The notes: generated by a model not told the origin, from the letters alone. Shown: positions 8,691 through 21,244, counted from the first letter of the stretch. The stretch: DNA of 64,000 nt from Methanomassiliicoccaceae archaeon (GCA_040776945.1 JAXGZN010000002.1:256001-320000); one strand, 5' to 3'. Translations and numbers: made by a program.

Positions 8691-10832
8691 ATGTTAGAGG
8701 AGCAGGGGAGCTGGGCCTCTCAAGAGGAACCTTTCGCCAACGGGTCCTCACTGAGCCTGGCACATGTGCTCAGCTCCATACCTCTGCCCCTCATCGTCCT
8801 GGACGTTTCCGGGCGCATCGCCCACGTGGGCGAGAGGGCCAAGGTCATCCTTGGACGCGGCTCCAAGGAGCTCCTCGGAGTGCTTTTCGAAGAACTGCTG
8901 CTGAAGGGAGGTTCCCCTTCCCAGCGGGAGATATGCTCTGAAGCGTTGAGGAAGGCCTTGTCCGGGGAACCGGCAAGGGCCGCGCTCACCTTCTCCACGC
9001 CGCTCGGCACCCCGGAGTACCGCTGCACCCTGATGCCCACGACCGACGCCCACGGCAGCGCGGAAGGGGTCGTGGTCGTCCTCAGGGAGGAGAGGCCCAA
9101 GGAACGGGACCTCCGGGAGGGACGCTCCATAGAATCGATCCGGGTGCTCGCCAAGACCTCGTCGGACCTCCTGGAGAGCAACGACCTGAAGGAGATCATC
9201 GAGGCCGAGACCGCCCGCCTGGTGACCTCGCTGGGCCTGGACTTCGCCATCTTCCGCATCCTGACCCCCGATGACAAGCCCCTGATGCTGTGCCACGGCA
9301 TCGACTACAAGGAGGCGAGGGAGGTCCTGGAGAGCCCGCTGATCGACGGCACCCAGATGTACACCAGTGTATGCAGGGGGCGCGAGCTGGTGCTCGATGA
9401 CCCCATCGAGATCGCCGAGGCCCTGCGCATCGCACCGAAGGTCCGCTCGCTGGCAGCGATAACGATACATTGGAATAACAAGGCCTACGGCTGCGCGGTC
9501 TTCGGCACCCGCCGAGGCGGAACGTCGGTGAGGTCCCATCATCCAATACTGAAGGTTTTCTGCAATCAGGTCGGGATATCGCTGAGGAACGCTGCCCTGA
9601 GGCGCGAGCTGGTGCACAGGAACGATGAGCTCCGGGGGCTCTATGAAACGACCCAGGCCATGTCCTCCATGCTGGAGCTGGACGAGCTGCTGCACATCAT
9701 ACTTCAGACCGCCCTGGACCTGGTGAGGGCGGAGAACGGCTTCATATTCAAGCTCGACCCCTCGGCCGGGAAGCTGAGGACCATCTCCCGGATAACCGAG
9801 GCCCATCTTCCGGACAACATCGAGCTGAACGTCGGGGAAGGCATCACCGGGCACGTGGTGAGGACCGGCAAGGGTCTGCTGGTGGAGCGTGCGGACCTGG
9901 ACCCCCGGGCGGTCACCGTGCCGGGGACGCCGGACGAGGACCCCAGCTCGATCATATGCGTGCCCCTGCGGTTCTCCGACGACATCATGGGCGCCATGAC
10001 CCTGGAGAAGCGTCCAGGCGTACCCTTCACCCCCAAGGACTACGAGCTCATCGAGCTGTTCTCCCTACAGGCATCGCTGTCGATACATCGCGCGTCACAG
10101 TACGACAAGATCCGCTCCGCGGCCGCCAATACCCAGATGTACAATGTCCTTCTGACGCACGATGTCGCCAACTTCAACGTGCCCATCCACGGGTTCCTGG
10201 AGATCCTGCTGAAGGACCCCAAGCTCGACGAGCGTCAGCGCCGGTACGTCCGATCCGCCCTGGTGCAGTCGGACAACATCTCCGAGCTGATCGCCGATGT
10301 CAGGGAGCTTTCGAGGCTGAGGGCCAAGGGCGCCGAGACGTCCCTGGAGCGGGTGGACATCGTCGCGGTCATGAAGGAGGCCAAGGAGGACATATTCTCC
10401 AACGTGGTCTACGAGGACATCGAGACAAAGTTCAGCTCCGACGTGGAGGAGGCCCCGACCATGGCCGACGCCTTCCTCAAGGACCTGTTCTACAACCTGT
10501 TGTCCAACGCCTGCAAGTACGGCCGCGGCGCTCCGGTGGAGATCGAGATATCGGAACACCACCAGGACGGGCAGAGGTGGTGGAAGGTCCGGATAATCGA
10601 CGAAGGGAAGGGCATCCCCGACGAGAGGAAGTCGGGGCTGTTCAAGCGCTATGATAACCTGGACACCGTGCACGGCTCCGACGGCCACGGGCTGGGGCTG
10701 TCGGTCGTCGGCGCGCTGGTAGAACGCTACAACGGAAAAGTATGGGCTGAGGACAGGGTCCCCGGGGACCCCTCCAAGGGAGCGGTGTTCGTGGTCCTGT
10801 TGCCGCAGGCCTCCCGAGGACCGGAGGGATAG
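8691..10832 (+). CDS. PAS/GAF-GAF sensor histidine kinase
   Basis: H-box LLTHDVAN, N-box NLLSNACKY, DEGKGI, GHGLGL; GAF motifs GEGITG and SIICVPL. Start moved to 8691 because of the TATA box. Confidence 0.9.
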   Translation: MLEEQGSWASQEEPFANGSSLSLAHVLSSIPLPLIVLDVSGRIAHVGERAKVILGRGSKELLGVLFEELLLKGGSPSQREICSEALRKALSGEPARAALTFSTPLGTPEYRCTLMPTTDAHGSAEGVVVVLREERPKERDLREGRSIESIRVLAKTSSDLLESNDLKEIIEAETARLVTSLGLDFAIFRILTPDDKPLMLCHGIDYKEAREVLESPLIDGTQMYTSVCRGRELVLDDPIEIAEALRIAPKVRSLAAITIHWNNKAYGCAVFGTRRGGTSVRSHHPILKVFCNQVGISLRNAALRRELVHRNDELRGLYETTQAMSSMLELDELLHIILQTALDLVRAENGFIFKLDPSAGKLRTISRITEAHLPDNIELNVGEGITGHVVRTGKGLLVERADLDPRAVTVPGTPDEDPSSIICVPLRFSDDIMGAMTLEKRPGVPFTPKDYELIELFSLQASLSIHRASQYDKIRSAAANTQMYNVLLTHDVANFNVPIHGFLEILLKDPKLDERQRRYVRSALVQSDNISELIADVRELSRLRAKGAETSLERVDIVAVMKEAKEDIFSNVVYEDIETKFSSDVEEAPTMADAFLKDLFYNLLSNACKYGRGAPVEIEISEHHQDGQRWWKVRIIDEGKGIPDERKSGLFKRYDNLDTVHGSDGHGLGLSVVGALVERYNGKVWAEDRVPGDPSKGAVFVVLLPQASRGPEG

Positions 10833-10833
10833 G

Positions 10834-11226
10834 ATGAGCAGGTATGCCATGATCAACCGGGTGCTCATGGTCGACGATAACCTGGAGCATCTGGAGCTTT
10901 GCCGCGAAACGCTTCCGGCGGAGGAGTTCCAGCTCGATGTGGCCACCACGCCGGCCGACGCGCTGGGAAAGCTGCAGCTTAACCATTACAGCATCGTGGT
11001 GCTCGACTACCGCCTCCCATATATGTCCGGCCTGGAGCTGCTGAGGAGGATCAGGGGCAAGGGCTACAAGATGCCCATAGTGCTCGTGTCCGCGGTGGAC
11101 GACCCGGACCTCAGCACCAAGGCGCGGATGGCGGGCGCGAACGATTACATCGTCAAGAGGTTCCGCTACTACTCCACTCTCAGGGAGAGGCTGTTGGAGA
11201 ACATCGATCCCCGCCACCGGTTCTGA
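10834..11226 (+). CDS. Single-domain response regulator (receiver)
   Basis: VDD, LDYRLPYMSG, VSA, GANDYIVK motifs. Confidence 0.92.
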   Translation: MSRYAMINRVLMVDDNLEHLELCRETLPAEEFQLDVATTPADALGKLQLNHYSIVVLDYRLPYMSGLELLRRIRGKGYKMPIVLVSAVDDPDLSTKARMAGANDYIVKRFRYYSTLRERLLENIDPRHRF

Positions 11227-11260
11227 ACATGCATATATTCCGGGAAGGCATCTTAGGGGC

Positions 11261-11845
11261 ATGAGCGGCGCGGTCAAGGTCCTCGGGGTTCTCGGCAGCC
11301 CACGCCGGGGAGGCAACACCGAGCTGTTGTTGGACGCGGCGCTGGAGGGGGCCGCGGAGGAGGGAGCTTCTATCGAGAAGGTGGTCCTGGACGCCCTTGC
11401 CATAAGGCCGTGCACCGCGTGCGACGGCTGCCGGGACGGGATCAGATGCGTCCTGAACGACGACATGGCCGCGCTATATCCCAAGATAGAGGACGCGGAC
11501 GCGATCGTGCTCGCGTCACCGGTGTACTTCGAATCGGTCACCGCGCAGACCAAGGCCTTCATAGACCGATGCCAGCTCTTCTGGTGTCGGAAGTACCTGC
11601 TCGGCATGAAGGGCAAGAGGCGGGCCGGCGCCCTCCTGGCCGTGGGGGCCAGGGTGCGCACCGACTTCCACGCTCCGGAGGCCACCGCCCGGGCGCTGTT
11701 CCACACGCTCGACGCGATGCCCTGCCAAGTGCTCGCCTACGCAGGTTTCGAGGAGCCCAGATCGATCGAGGACCATCCTGACGCGCTGCGGGAGTCCCGC
11801 GAGCTGGGGCGGCAGCTGGCCGCGAGGGGGCGAGATATTATTTAA
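11261..11845 (+). CDS. Iron-sulfur flavoprotein / flavodoxin-like (Isf family)
   Basis: GSPRRGGNT, CTACDGC....C, DDM, ASPVYF, KAFIDR motifs. Confidence 0.88.
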   Translation: MSGAVKVLGVLGSPRRGGNTELLLDAALEGAAEEGASIEKVVLDALAIRPCTACDGCRDGIRCVLNDDMAALYPKIEDADAIVLASPVYFESVTAQTKAFIDRCQLFWCRKYLLGMKGKRRAGALLAVGARVRTDFHAPEATARALFHTLDAMPCQVLAYAGFEEPRSIEDHPDALRESRELGRQLAARGRDII

Positions 11846-11877
11846 ATCTGATTTCACATGAGGTCACGGCGTTAAGA

Positions 11878-12255
11878 ATGGTAGTGATCAGCGTATCGAT
11901 ATCTGCCAAGGAGCTGAGGGACTTCGAGGAGATGGCCAAGCAGGCCGGCTACTCGTCCCGCTCCGATGCGGTCCGGGACGCACTGCACCGGTTCGTGTCC
12001 GGCAACAACTGGATCAACGATCTGGAGGGCAGGGTGAGCTGCGTGCTGTCTGTGATATACGCCGATCGCAAGAAGCACCATGTCCATGATATCGTTCACG
12101 AGTACGCGGACATAGTCCATTCGTCCATGCATACCCATATCGACCATCGCTGCGTGGAGCAGGTCGTGCTCGACGGCCCTTCGCCGAAGGTGCGCAAGCT
12201 GCTGACCGAGCTGTCCGCGCAGAAGGACGTGCGCGTGACGGTCAGCGTGTTCTAA
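11878..12255 (+). CDS. nikR: NikR-like ribbon-helix-helix metal-responsive regulator
   Basis: VISVS...GYSSRSDAVRDA ribbon-helix-helix; HEY...HTH.....CVE metal site. Confidence 0.75.
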   Translation: MVVISVSISAKELRDFEEMAKQAGYSSRSDAVRDALHRFVSGNNWINDLEGRVSCVLSVIYADRKKHHVHDIVHEYADIVHSSMHTHIDHRCVEQVVLDGPSPKVRKLLTELSAQKDVRVTVSVF

Positions 12256-12309
12256 GGGACGCATGTCGAGAGAAACCGGGTGCTGCATCGGCGCGATGCA
12301 TGGGCCGAA

Positions 12310-12350
12310 CTGAAAAGAAATATTATGGGAAGGGGAGGCCTCTCGGCCTC
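12310..12350 (-). terminator. Hairpin plus pyrimidine tract after the surface protein gene
   Basis: On the minus strand GAGGCC-GAGA-GGCCTC (12335-12350), followed by CCCTTCCC...TTTCTTTTC. Confidence 0.55.
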
Positions 12351-12356
12351 GTTGGT

Positions 12357-15335
12357 TCACTTCCTCTTGTACCGGAACACGATGAACCCAGCCGCCAGCA
12401 GGGCCACCACGGCCACGCCGACGATGCCCAGCATCAGGCCGTTGTCGCCGCTGGAGGCGGCCGAGGCCAGGCTCACCGCCTCCATTGCGGTGGCCTGTCC
12501 GGCGGACACGGTGACCGTCTTGGTCATGGCGAGGTAGCCGTCCTTGGTTATGTTCATGGTGTAGGTTCCGGCGGGGACGTCCTTCAGCTCGAAGCGGCCG
12601 TCGGCGTCGGTGGTCGTGGACATGCCGTTGCTGAGCGTCACCGTCGCGTTGGCGAGCGGCTTTCCATCAGGTCCATTGATGGTCCCAGAGACGGAGCCCT
12701 CGTTCTTCATCGTCCTGAACGAACCATCCGCGGTCATCTCGTTGCCGGCCAGGTCCTTACCCGATACGGCCACGGCATATTCGGTGTTGTATGCCAGGGA
12801 GGCCGAGGGAGTGAAGGTCGCCACGTTGCCGTCCCAAGCCATCGTCCCGCTGACGCCGTCGATCGTGATGGTCACCGAGCTCTCGTTCATCCGCTCGGAG
12901 AAGGTAACCACGATCTGGGCGTTGACGCTGACGCCGTTGCCGCTGGGCGCGATGGTAGCGGTCGGCGGGGTGTTGTCCACGGTGATGTTGACCGACGCCT
13001 CGCCGACGTTGCCGGCCATGTCGGTCACCCTGACCTTGAACACGTGGACACCGTCCTCCAGATCGGTCAGGGCCAGGGTAAGGTCGTCGATGGAGGTCCA
13101 ATCGCCGTCGTCAAGGCTGTACTCGTGCTTGTCGATGCCCGAGCCCTCCTCGAGAATGGTCCATTCCACGGTCACATCGCGCTCGGTGGTGTACATGTCG
13201 CCGTCCGGCGAGGTGATGGTCACCACGGGGGCGGTCGCGTCGACCTCGAACTCGACGAAGGTGGAGTTCCAGTTGCCGGCCAGGTCCTCGGCCCTGAGGG
13301 TGACGCTATGCTCGCCGTCGGCGAGGCCGGTCAGAAGGTACGAGGTGTTCCTGCTCATGTTGAGGAAGGGGCCATCGTCCACGCTGAGCCAGTAGCGCCC
13401 TATGGTGGAGTTGGAGGAACCTGTCCAGATCACCGTGACGTCCCTCGAGCTCAGCAGCGCGCCGCTGCTCGGCGCGGTGATGTCCAGCACCGGCAGGGAA
13501 GTCTGGACGTAGAAGGGCTTGAACGAGGTCCGGCTGTTGCCGGCGTTGTCGTAGACGCGCACGGAGATGATGTGGGCCCCGTCCTCGAGATCGCCGATGA
13601 TGAAGTGATCGCCTTCGGCCAGCATCCATTCTCCCCCGTCCACCGATACAGAGGCGTTCTTGATGCCGCTGCCTTTGTCAAAGGCGGTCCAGGTGGCGTT
13701 CAGGCTGGAGGCGTTGTACCACGCCCCGACCGCCGGGACGATGATGTTCAACGAGGGCGCGGTCGTGTCCACCGTGAAGTTGACCTCGGCGTAAGCGCTC
13801 CCGCCGTCCGTGCCGTAGGCGGTGATGTTGACATTGTACTCTCCGTCCTCCAGGTCGACGAGGGTCGCGGAGGTATCCATCCCCATGTTCACCGGCTCTT
13901 CCCCGTTGACGCTCATGGTGTAGTGGTCCACGTGGGAACCGCTCCACTCCACTAGAACGCTATCGGAGCCGCTCAGGAACCCCTCGCCCGGAGAACCGAT
14001 GGTCACCGACGGGTCCACGTGCGGAGGGTTGTACACGCTGTAGAACGCGCTTTCCGTCAAATATCCAGACGAATTATCTTCAATGGACCACACGGCAATG
14101 GCATGGCCATCGCCTCCCAGCGCCACCTTGGCTTGACTGACCTCGAACGGGCAGACCACGCTCACCGGTCCCCAGGCCCCGCTCGAGTAGACCGAAGCGT
14201 AAAGGGAGACCGAACCATCATTGTACGCTTGCCACATGGCCACCGCTTCGTTGTGCTCGTTCGTTCCCAGGACTAGATTTCCCGCATCGGCACCTTCTAT
14301 CCCGCATCTGGTGGTCTCTGCGTCCGAAGGCCCTGTGATAACGGTTACGTTGCAGTAGTAGTTATCCGCCTGGACTATCCAACCGAGGACAAGGATGCCC
14401 TGGCTGATGGCCAGCTCGGGATAGAACACATTCACGTCATCAATGACATCATAGCTCTGTAAAAGGAAACCGGACCTGATGTCTATGGTTACGAGCGAGA
14501 TGTCGGCCTTGTCGTTTTCGTAATCCTCGAACGCTATGAACGCAGAGTTATCGCGGATGGCCACGGTCGGTTCGTAACAGGCCACACCGGATGGCGAGAC
14601 ATCCTCCGGCGCCGTCCAATCGCCGTCCACGTAGAATGCTGCGGAGATCGTCCAATGATCTCCGGTATAGCTCTCCCATGCGATCACGAGGTCCCCCTCC
14701 TCGTTCATCGCCATGTCATACCCTACGTTCATGCCAGGGTGGCTGGACAAGGCCTCAGCGGAGCTCCATGTGCCGCCGGAATAGGTAGCCACCAGGATAT
14801 GAGAATCGGTGTAGCCGTATTGAATCATCGCCACGGCCCCGTACCCTCCATTGCCAAACACCGCCTGGCAGTTCGCCGCCTGGTAGACCTCGGGACTCAG
14901 GTCCTGGACAGTTCCCCACTCACCGTCGACGTAGTCTATGGCCTGCAGGACCATATCGGGCCCCGTCCGGGCGATCCACGCCACGATCGCGTCCCCGTGA
15001 TCGTTCATAGCGACCGAAGGTTCCATGCATTGCGTCCCTGGCGCGGACACCGTCTCCACAGGGCCCCAGGAGCCGCCGGAGTATAACATCACGTACACGG
15101 AGGACGAAATCCCTTCCCAGGTGACGACGTAGCCGATCCACGCGGCGATGGCATCCCCCGCTTCGTTCATGGCGATGCAGGGCTGAGTGGAATTGTGGTC
15201 ACTGCCGGCAGGGTCCAGCGGCGCTGGGGGCGTCCAGTCCGAAGGCGGAATCGCCGTAGCGTTCGCGGTCACGAACAGGCATGATGCGACCATCATGGCA
15301 CATAAGATCAATGAAATCGCTTTGCGAAATTGCAT
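12357..15335 (-). CDS. Cell-surface adhesin-like protein: N-terminal repeats, tandem Ig-like domains, carboxypeptidase-regulatory-like domain, C-terminal TM anchor
   Basis: Signal peptide; P.VAMN..GDA.VAW repeats; VDTTAP / D.AGN Ig repeats; VTFSERMN; TTTDADGRF; TM followed by RYKRK. Confidence 0.85.
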   Translation of the reverse strand: MQFRKAISLILCAMMVASCLFVTANATAIPPSDWTPPAPLDPAGSDHNSTQPCIAMNEAGDAIAAWIGYVVTWEGISSSVYVMLYSGGSWGPVETVSAPGTQCMEPSVAMNDHGDAIVAWIARTGPDMVLQAIDYVDGEWGTVQDLSPEVYQAANCQAVFGNGGYGAVAMIQYGYTDSHILVATYSGGTWSSAEALSSHPGMNVGYDMAMNEEGDLVIAWESYTGDHWTISAAFYVDGDWTAPEDVSPSGVACYEPTVAIRDNSAFIAFEDYENDKADISLVTIDIRSGFLLQSYDVIDDVNVFYPELAISQGILVLGWIVQADNYYCNVTVITGPSDAETTRCGIEGADAGNLVLGTNEHNEAVAMWQAYNDGSVSLYASVYSSGAWGPVSVVCPFEVSQAKVALGGDGHAIAVWSIEDNSSGYLTESAFYSVYNPPHVDPSVTIGSPGEGFLSGSDSVLVEWSGSHVDHYTMSVNGEEPVNMGMDTSATLVDLEDGEYNVNITAYGTDGGSAYAEVNFTVDTTAPSLNIIVPAVGAWYNASSLNATWTAFDKGSGIKNASVSVDGGEWMLAEGDHFIIGDLEDGAHIISVRVYDNAGNSRTSFKPFYVQTSLPVLDITAPSSGALLSSRDVTVIWTGSSNSTIGRYWLSVDDGPFLNMSRNTSYLLTGLADGEHSVTLRAEDLAGNWNSTFVEFEVDATAPVVTITSPDGDMYTTERDVTVEWTILEEGSGIDKHEYSLDDGDWTSIDDLTLALTDLEDGVHVFKVRVTDMAGNVGEASVNITVDNTPPTATIAPSGNGVSVNAQIVVTFSERMNESSVTITIDGVSGTMAWDGNVATFTPSASLAYNTEYAVAVSGKDLAGNEMTADGSFRTMKNEGSVSGTINGPDGKPLANATVTLSNGMSTTTDADGRFELKDVPAGTYTMNITKDGYLAMTKTVTVSAGQATAMEAVSLASAASSGDNGLMLGIVGVAVVALLAAGFIVFRYKRK

Positions 15336-15609
15336 AGGCTGCTTGCTCCTATCCTCCCTCCACGGGTTTGGTCTGGAGCACGCGTGAACGTATATATATA
15401 ATATAATTCTTGAGTTCTATATTTGAGAACAAGGGCCGACGGAGCGAAAGGCCGATCGGTAACGCACCGTTCCCCTCATCGCTCTTCGAGCCCCGGACCA
15501 AGGACGACGCTGTATGCCTTTCCTAAGAAATGGTCGGTTCCCCTCCTCCGCGATATGAACAAACCATCCCGAATTTAGCACATGCATCAAATACCCGCCC
15601 CCGGGTTAT

Positions 15610-17727
<2,118 letters not shown>

Positions 17728-18495
17728 TCATTGGCACCGTATCTGCCCTCCCACATTATGGCGGTCCAGCTCGATGATCTTGCGCCGGATGTAGCGCACC
17801 GTGCTCCATACCAGGACCACGGATAGGAGCAGGGCGATGAAGGAGGCCTCAGTGCCCGCTTCCGGGAAGATGTCCGAGCCGAGGGACGCCAGCAGGTTGA
17901 ACACCGCGTGAATGGCCACCGCCGCCAGGTAGTAGGGGGACCAGCTGGACAGGGTCCCGTACCAGGTGCGCAGGCACTTGGACCGGGAGACCCCGAAGCC
18001 GGAGATGGCTGAGGCCGAGGTGTGCAGCAGCGTCGAGGTTATCGTGCGGGCGATCACGGTGATGACGAGGATCTCAAACCCCTCGGTCCATGCCGTGCTG
18101 TAGTAAAGCACGTTCTCCCCGGCGGCGAACCCCAGGCCGACCGCCGCCCCGTACACCAGGCCGTTCTCCGGCTCGGTCAGACGCCTGGTGACCGTGAACA
18201 CCCCGGTGAGCTTGGTGAACTCTTCGATGAGCGGCGCAAGGACAACGGCCATGAGGACCGTTCCCGCTTGAGGGTCAAGCATCCCGCCGCCGATCGATCT
18301 CAGGGCGATCATCGCCACCACCTCCAGGACGAAGGCCATCCCCAAGGCGACCACGAGGCCGTAGATGAACACCCCCTCCACGGCCAGGAACGGTTCGCGT
18401 TCATGGACCTCCGCCGAGCGGATCCAAAGCATGTAGATGATCGCGGGAACGAAGGCCACTACAAGGATTATTCCAAGCTCGATCGGGGACTCCAT
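17728..18495 (-). CDS. PrsW-family intramembrane metalloprotease
   Basis: APLIEEFTK, GLGFAAGEN, LLH, HAVFN motifs. Confidence 0.9.
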   Translation of the reverse strand: MESPIELGIILVVAFVPAIIYMLWIRSAEVHEREPFLAVEGVFIYGLVVALGMAFVLEVVAMIALRSIGGGMLDPQAGTVLMAVVLAPLIEEFTKLTGVFTVTRRLTEPENGLVYGAAVGLGFAAGENVLYYSTAWTEGFEILVITVIARTITSTLLHTSASAISGFGVSRSKCLRTWYGTLSSWSPYYLAAVAIHAVFNLLASLGSDIFPEAGTEASFIALLLSVVLVWSTVRYIRRKIIELDRHNVGGQIRCQ

Positions 18496-18673
18496 GTGAA
18501 CGTGATGATATGAGGGGCCTGGATAAAAAGACGCTCCGCTCGGCTCTCAAGAACGATCCCCTCCGCACATCCACGCGGGACGTAGGCGGAGCATACGCCT
18601 CGAAGGGGCCGTCGCGGGGAACGGGCGACAATGGCCTGGCCGTTTAACGCGGTGAGCGCGGAGGCATCCCGCC

Positions 18674-19705
18674 TCACTCTCCCGGCGCGGCGCATCCCTG
18701 GCGTGAAGGGGCCGGCACGGGCGCGGGATCCTCGGCGGGCGGCCCCATCTCATCCTCCACGATCAGGTCCCCAATGACCGGAGTGAAAGGGTCCATGAAC
18801 GCGCCCTTCATTCCGGCGGAGCGCAAGGCCGGAAGGTCAAGCTCGGTGACCCCGCCGCCCATGATGATGCCGGCGTCCATGGCGCTGAGCGTCTCGAGGA
18901 GGGCAGCGTCTATGCCCTGCCCGCGCCCGATGCGCCTCAGGTCCAGGACGCCGATCGCCTCGTAGCCGATATCGGCCAGCGCCGCTATGGTCCGCCCCAG
19001 GTCCTTTGGTCCCGCGGACCCGCTAGGCCACAGCGCCCTGCCGTCATAGTGGACGCAGGGCACTATCCGGTCGGAGAGGTCGAAGGCCTCCTCGAACAGT
19101 TCCATGGAGGGCGCGGTCATGGTGCCGACGACCGTCCGGGCCACGTCCATGGCGAAGGCATCGAACACGTCCTCGATGTCCCGCACGCCGAGGTCCAGCC
19201 ATACTTGGTACTTGCTCTTTATCAGCGCTTTGAGAACGTCGAAATTGGGCCTGCCGTCCCGCACCCCAGAAAGGTCCAGCAATGCGATCTCCTTGGCCGA
19301 GTACCTTGGTCCGTGCACCGCCCTCCAGTATCTGGAGAAACGCTCCTTCCGACCCTTGATGCGGTAGCCCCCTTCCCACTCCACTTCCACCACGTTCGCG
19401 ACCTGCGCGACCGGCAGGTCGATGTACGGGACGCGCAAGGCGGAGATGGTGTCGATGGGCATGATGGGCACGTGCATGAAGCAGTCCTCATCGGCCCCGC
19501 CCTTGGAGACGATGCTTCTCTGGAAGGTCTTTAGGTCATCAACGGAATCGAAGTCCAGGGGCACTGCGGTCCGGCCGCAGCTGCGGCAGCGGTAGCCGCC
19601 GTCATTATGGTCCACCCACGGCAGGGGACCGCCGAACAGCAGCGCGGGGCGGGTGTCCATGCTGCCGCAGTACGGGCAGGCCCGAAGCGTGACCTTCTCG
19701 TTCAT
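18674..19705 (-). CDS. Zn-ribbon fused to a HisA/HisF-related TIM barrel
   Basis: N-terminal CPYCG...CRSCG; WLDLGVR, VVGT, VLDLRRIG.GQG, MGGGV motifs. Confidence 0.7.
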   Translation of the reverse strand: MNEKVTLRACPYCGSMDTRPALLFGGPLPWVDHNDGGYRCRSCGRTAVPLDFDSVDDLKTFQRSIVSKGGADEDCFMHVPIMPIDTISALRVPYIDLPVAQVANVVEVEWEGGYRIKGRKERFSRYWRAVHGPRYSAKEIALLDLSGVRDGRPNFDVLKALIKSKYQVWLDLGVRDIEDVFDAFAMDVARTVVGTMTAPSMELFEEAFDLSDRIVPCVHYDGRALWPSGSAGPKDLGRTIAALADIGYEAIGVLDLRRIGRGQGIDAALLETLSAMDAGIIMGGGVTELDLPALRSAGMKGAFMDPFTPVIGDLIVEDEMGPPAEDPAPVPAPSRQGCAAPGE

Positions 19706-19753
19706 CCCACGCACCTAGGGAGCGCCTCGATAAGAGATTTGCGGGCCCATGGT

Positions 19754-21244
19754 TCACTTCGCGTTGGAAGGCGGGAGGTCCTCCGCCCTGACCTCGCAGC
19801 GGTCCTCGGCCCTCGGCCGGAGGACCAGCGCCGCCGCCAGGCCCACGAGCGCGAAGGCGAACCCGACCCACCAGGCGGTCACATAACCGTCCACGGCGTA
19901 GAGGTAGATGACCTTGGGGCCGACGTGGAAGGCGACCATGTTGGCGGAGAGGATGACCGCGGCCAGCACCGGGCCGATGGAGCCCCCGACGATCCGGAAC
20001 AGGGTGTTCATGCCCGAGGCGACGCCGAACTCGCTCTGGGGACAGGACTCCACCACCACGTTGATCATGGAGACCATGCACAACGCCACTCCGGAGCCGA
20101 AGATGACCATGGAGACGGTCAGCTGCCAGAAGTCCGCGTTGAGGAACACCAGGGAGAGGAAACCAGCGGTCATGATCCCCATTCCCAATGCCAGGACGTT
20201 GGACGCCCCCATCTTCCTGGACAGCGACCCGCCGAAGGGGCCGATGAACAGCTGGACGACGGCGCTGGGCAGCATGTAAAGTCCGACGGTGAAGGTGTCG
20301 GCGAGGCCGAAACGACCGCCGACCGCCGCAGGCGTCTCCAGGAAGTACGGAAGGGTCTGGTAGACCATGAACATGCAAATTCCGACGAACAGCGCGACGA
20401 CGTTCCCTCCGAGGACCCCGCGGTTCGCGAGCAGCGACGGGCGTACGATGGGGTCCCCGCTCCTCAGCTCTATGGCTATGAACGCGGCGATGGCCGCGGC
20501 GAAGGTGGCGAACAGCGCCAGAGTGGCGGGATCCCCCCACCCCCAACTCTCGCCCTGGGTCAGCGCGAGGAGCAGCGCGGTCACGCTGGCGCCCAGGGTG
20601 AACGCCCCGGGAAGGTCCAGCCTGCCCCCGTGCACTATGCGGGTGTCCGGGACGAGGTAGGAGGCGGCGACGGTGAGGACGAAGAAGAACGGCAGCACCA
20701 CATGGAAAGCGTCGCTCCACCTGGCCACCGAGGTGATGTAGCCGCCGATGACCAGGCCCACGGCCACGCCGACCGAGAACATGGCCGAGATCATGCCGAT
20801 GGCCACCGGTATCTTGTCACGGGGAAAGGTGTCCCGGACGATGCCGAAGGACAGCGTGAACATGCCCATGCCCACGCCCTGAAGGGCGCGGAAGAACAGC
20901 AGCACGGAGATGTCGGCCCTTCCGAACAGCGCGGTGGAGATGTCGATGGAGAACCCGCTGCCCAGCAGGGCGACCAGGTAGACGGACATCACGTAGATGA
21001 GGACCCTCTTCTTTCCGTAGATGTCCCCCAGTTTGCCCGCTAGCGGCGTCGCGACCGCCCCTACAAGCATGTATATTGAGAGCACCCAGGGGAGCCATGA
21101 GGTCTGCGTCGGAAAGTCCTGGGCCATGGTCGGCAGGGCGGGCACGATCATGATCTCCACGAACATCGTTATCAGCGCCATGCTGGCAAGAACGATCAGC
21201 ATCGCTGCGTTGTGGCCCCTATCGGCCTTGTCCGGGCTCCTCAT
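19754..21244 (-). CDS. MFS transporter (DHA2-like, 14 TM)
   Basis: PALP, GKLGDIYGKKR, RALQGVG, RLDLPGA motifs; start taken as ATG 21244. Confidence 0.9.
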   Translation of the reverse strand: MRSPDKADRGHNAAMLIVLASMALITMFVEIMIVPALPTMAQDFPTQTSWLPWVLSIYMLVGAVATPLAGKLGDIYGKKRVLIYVMSVYLVALLGSGFSIDISTALFGRADISVLLFFRALQGVGMGMFTLSFGIVRDTFPRDKIPVAIGMISAMFSVGVAVGLVIGGYITSVARWSDAFHVVLPFFFVLTVAASYLVPDTRIVHGGRLDLPGAFTLGASVTALLLALTQGESWGWGDPATLALFATFAAAIAAFIAIELRSGDPIVRPSLLANRGVLGGNVVALFVGICMFMVYQTLPYFLETPAAVGGRFGLADTFTVGLYMLPSAVVQLFIGPFGGSLSRKMGASNVLALGMGIMTAGFLSLVFLNADFWQLTVSMVIFGSGVALCMVSMINVVVESCPQSEFGVASGMNTLFRIVGGSIGPVLAAVILSANMVAFHVGPKVIYLYAVDGYVTAWWVGFAFALVGLAAALVLRPRAEDRCEVRAEDLPPSNAK

